Source: Octopus sinensis
Taxonomy: Eukaryota
DNA length: 34,158 nt
Assembly: GCF_006345805.1 (NCBI RefSeq)
Contig: NW_021831922.1
Coordinates: 1 to 34,158, forward strand
Direction of reading: 5' to 3'
A program made the position numbers and the translations under genes. The notes under the pieces are model-generated. The model made no database searches. It was not told the DNA's origin and worked only from the letters and a program-made list of their open reading frames with translations. This document shows, piece by piece, positions 33,483 through 34,158 of this stretch (within the stretch, counting starts at the first letter, position 1; each line of letters opens with the position of its first letter).

Positions 33483-33622
33483 GAAATAATATGTGACAAT
33501 TTTCAAAAGCGAAGATAAAACTCTGAGTTTCGGATGCCGAGGGGAAATCCACAACACCATTTCTTCGGCATCCGAACTCAGAGTTTTATCTTCGCTTTTG
33601 AATAATTGTCACATATTATTTC
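33483..33622. repeat. Long inverted repeat (58-bp arms, 24-nt loop) of the same family as 17509-17665
   Basis: GAAATAATATGTGACAATT..GAGTTTCGGATGCCGA / TCGGCATCCGAACTC..AATTGTCACATATTATTTC. Confidence 0.9.
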
Positions 33623-33660
33623 ACAGATATATATATATATATATATATTATATATTCTTT

Positions 33661-34058
33661 TATTCTTTTAACTGTTTCAGTCATTTTGACTGTGGCCATG
33701 CTGGAGTAGCGCCTTGAGTTGGACAAATTAACCCCAGGACTTATTCTTTGTAAGCCTAGTACTTATTCTATCAGTCTCTTTTGCTGAACCACTAGGTTAC
33801 AGAGACATAAATACACCGACTTTGGTTGTCAGGCAATCATGTGTGTATGCGGGGGGACAAACACAGACACACAAGCATATACACAGACACACACATAATA
33901 TATATACATATATATACAACGGGCTTCTTTCAGTTTCCCTCTACCAAATTCACTCACAAGACTTTGGTCAGCCTGTAGCTATAGTAACAGACACTTGCCC
34001 AAGGTGCCATACAGTGGGACTGAACCCAGAACCAAATAGTTGGGAAGCAAGCTTCTTA
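33661..34058 (-). mobile_element. Family A SINE, diverged
   Basis: Reverse complement of family A with more substitutions. Confidence 0.85.
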
Positions 34059-34158
34059 TCACACCTCAACGACGTATGACTGTTTGACAATTTCTTACCA
34101 AACAACCACACAGATGGTTTGTTTATAGTGATCAAATTTTTGTGTAACAAAGCTTGCT

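Noticed and set aside
32512-34158. Donor-like sites at about 32512 and 34097 as the upstream exon of the gene
   Set aside because: Neither gives the expected E-L-L-V-V-x-D strand; the upstream exon probably lies beyond the window.

Overview
Eukaryotic, extremely repeat-rich intronic DNA. The SINE, microsatellite and retroelement landscape looks like an octopus (coleoid cephalopod) genome; that is an inference from repeat style, not a database hit. Nearly all ORFs in the supplied track are microsatellite artefacts. On the minus strand I can assemble eight GT-AG exons with compatible phases (26994-26904, 25221-25144, 17043-16904, 14506-14469, 13683-13578, 11283-11119, 9228-9099, 7727-7614). They total 862 nt, about 287 uninterrupted codons, and encode the reprolysin (M12B) domain and start of the Cys-rich domain of an ADAMTS/MIG-17-like protein. 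The zinc motif reads HVLAHSLGARHD: all three His ligands and the Met-turn are kept, but the catalytic Glu of HExxH is Val, suggesting a pseudo-protease. The introns hold many tRNA-derived SINEs, mariner and RTE-like remnants, and one small DNA element with an 8-bp TSD. They also hold at least six minimal type-I hammerhead-ribozyme-like motifs from apparently different Penelope-like termini, including U3:A8 and U4C core variants and two snap-back inverted repeats. The 5' and 3' ends of the gene were not found and probably lie outside the window.
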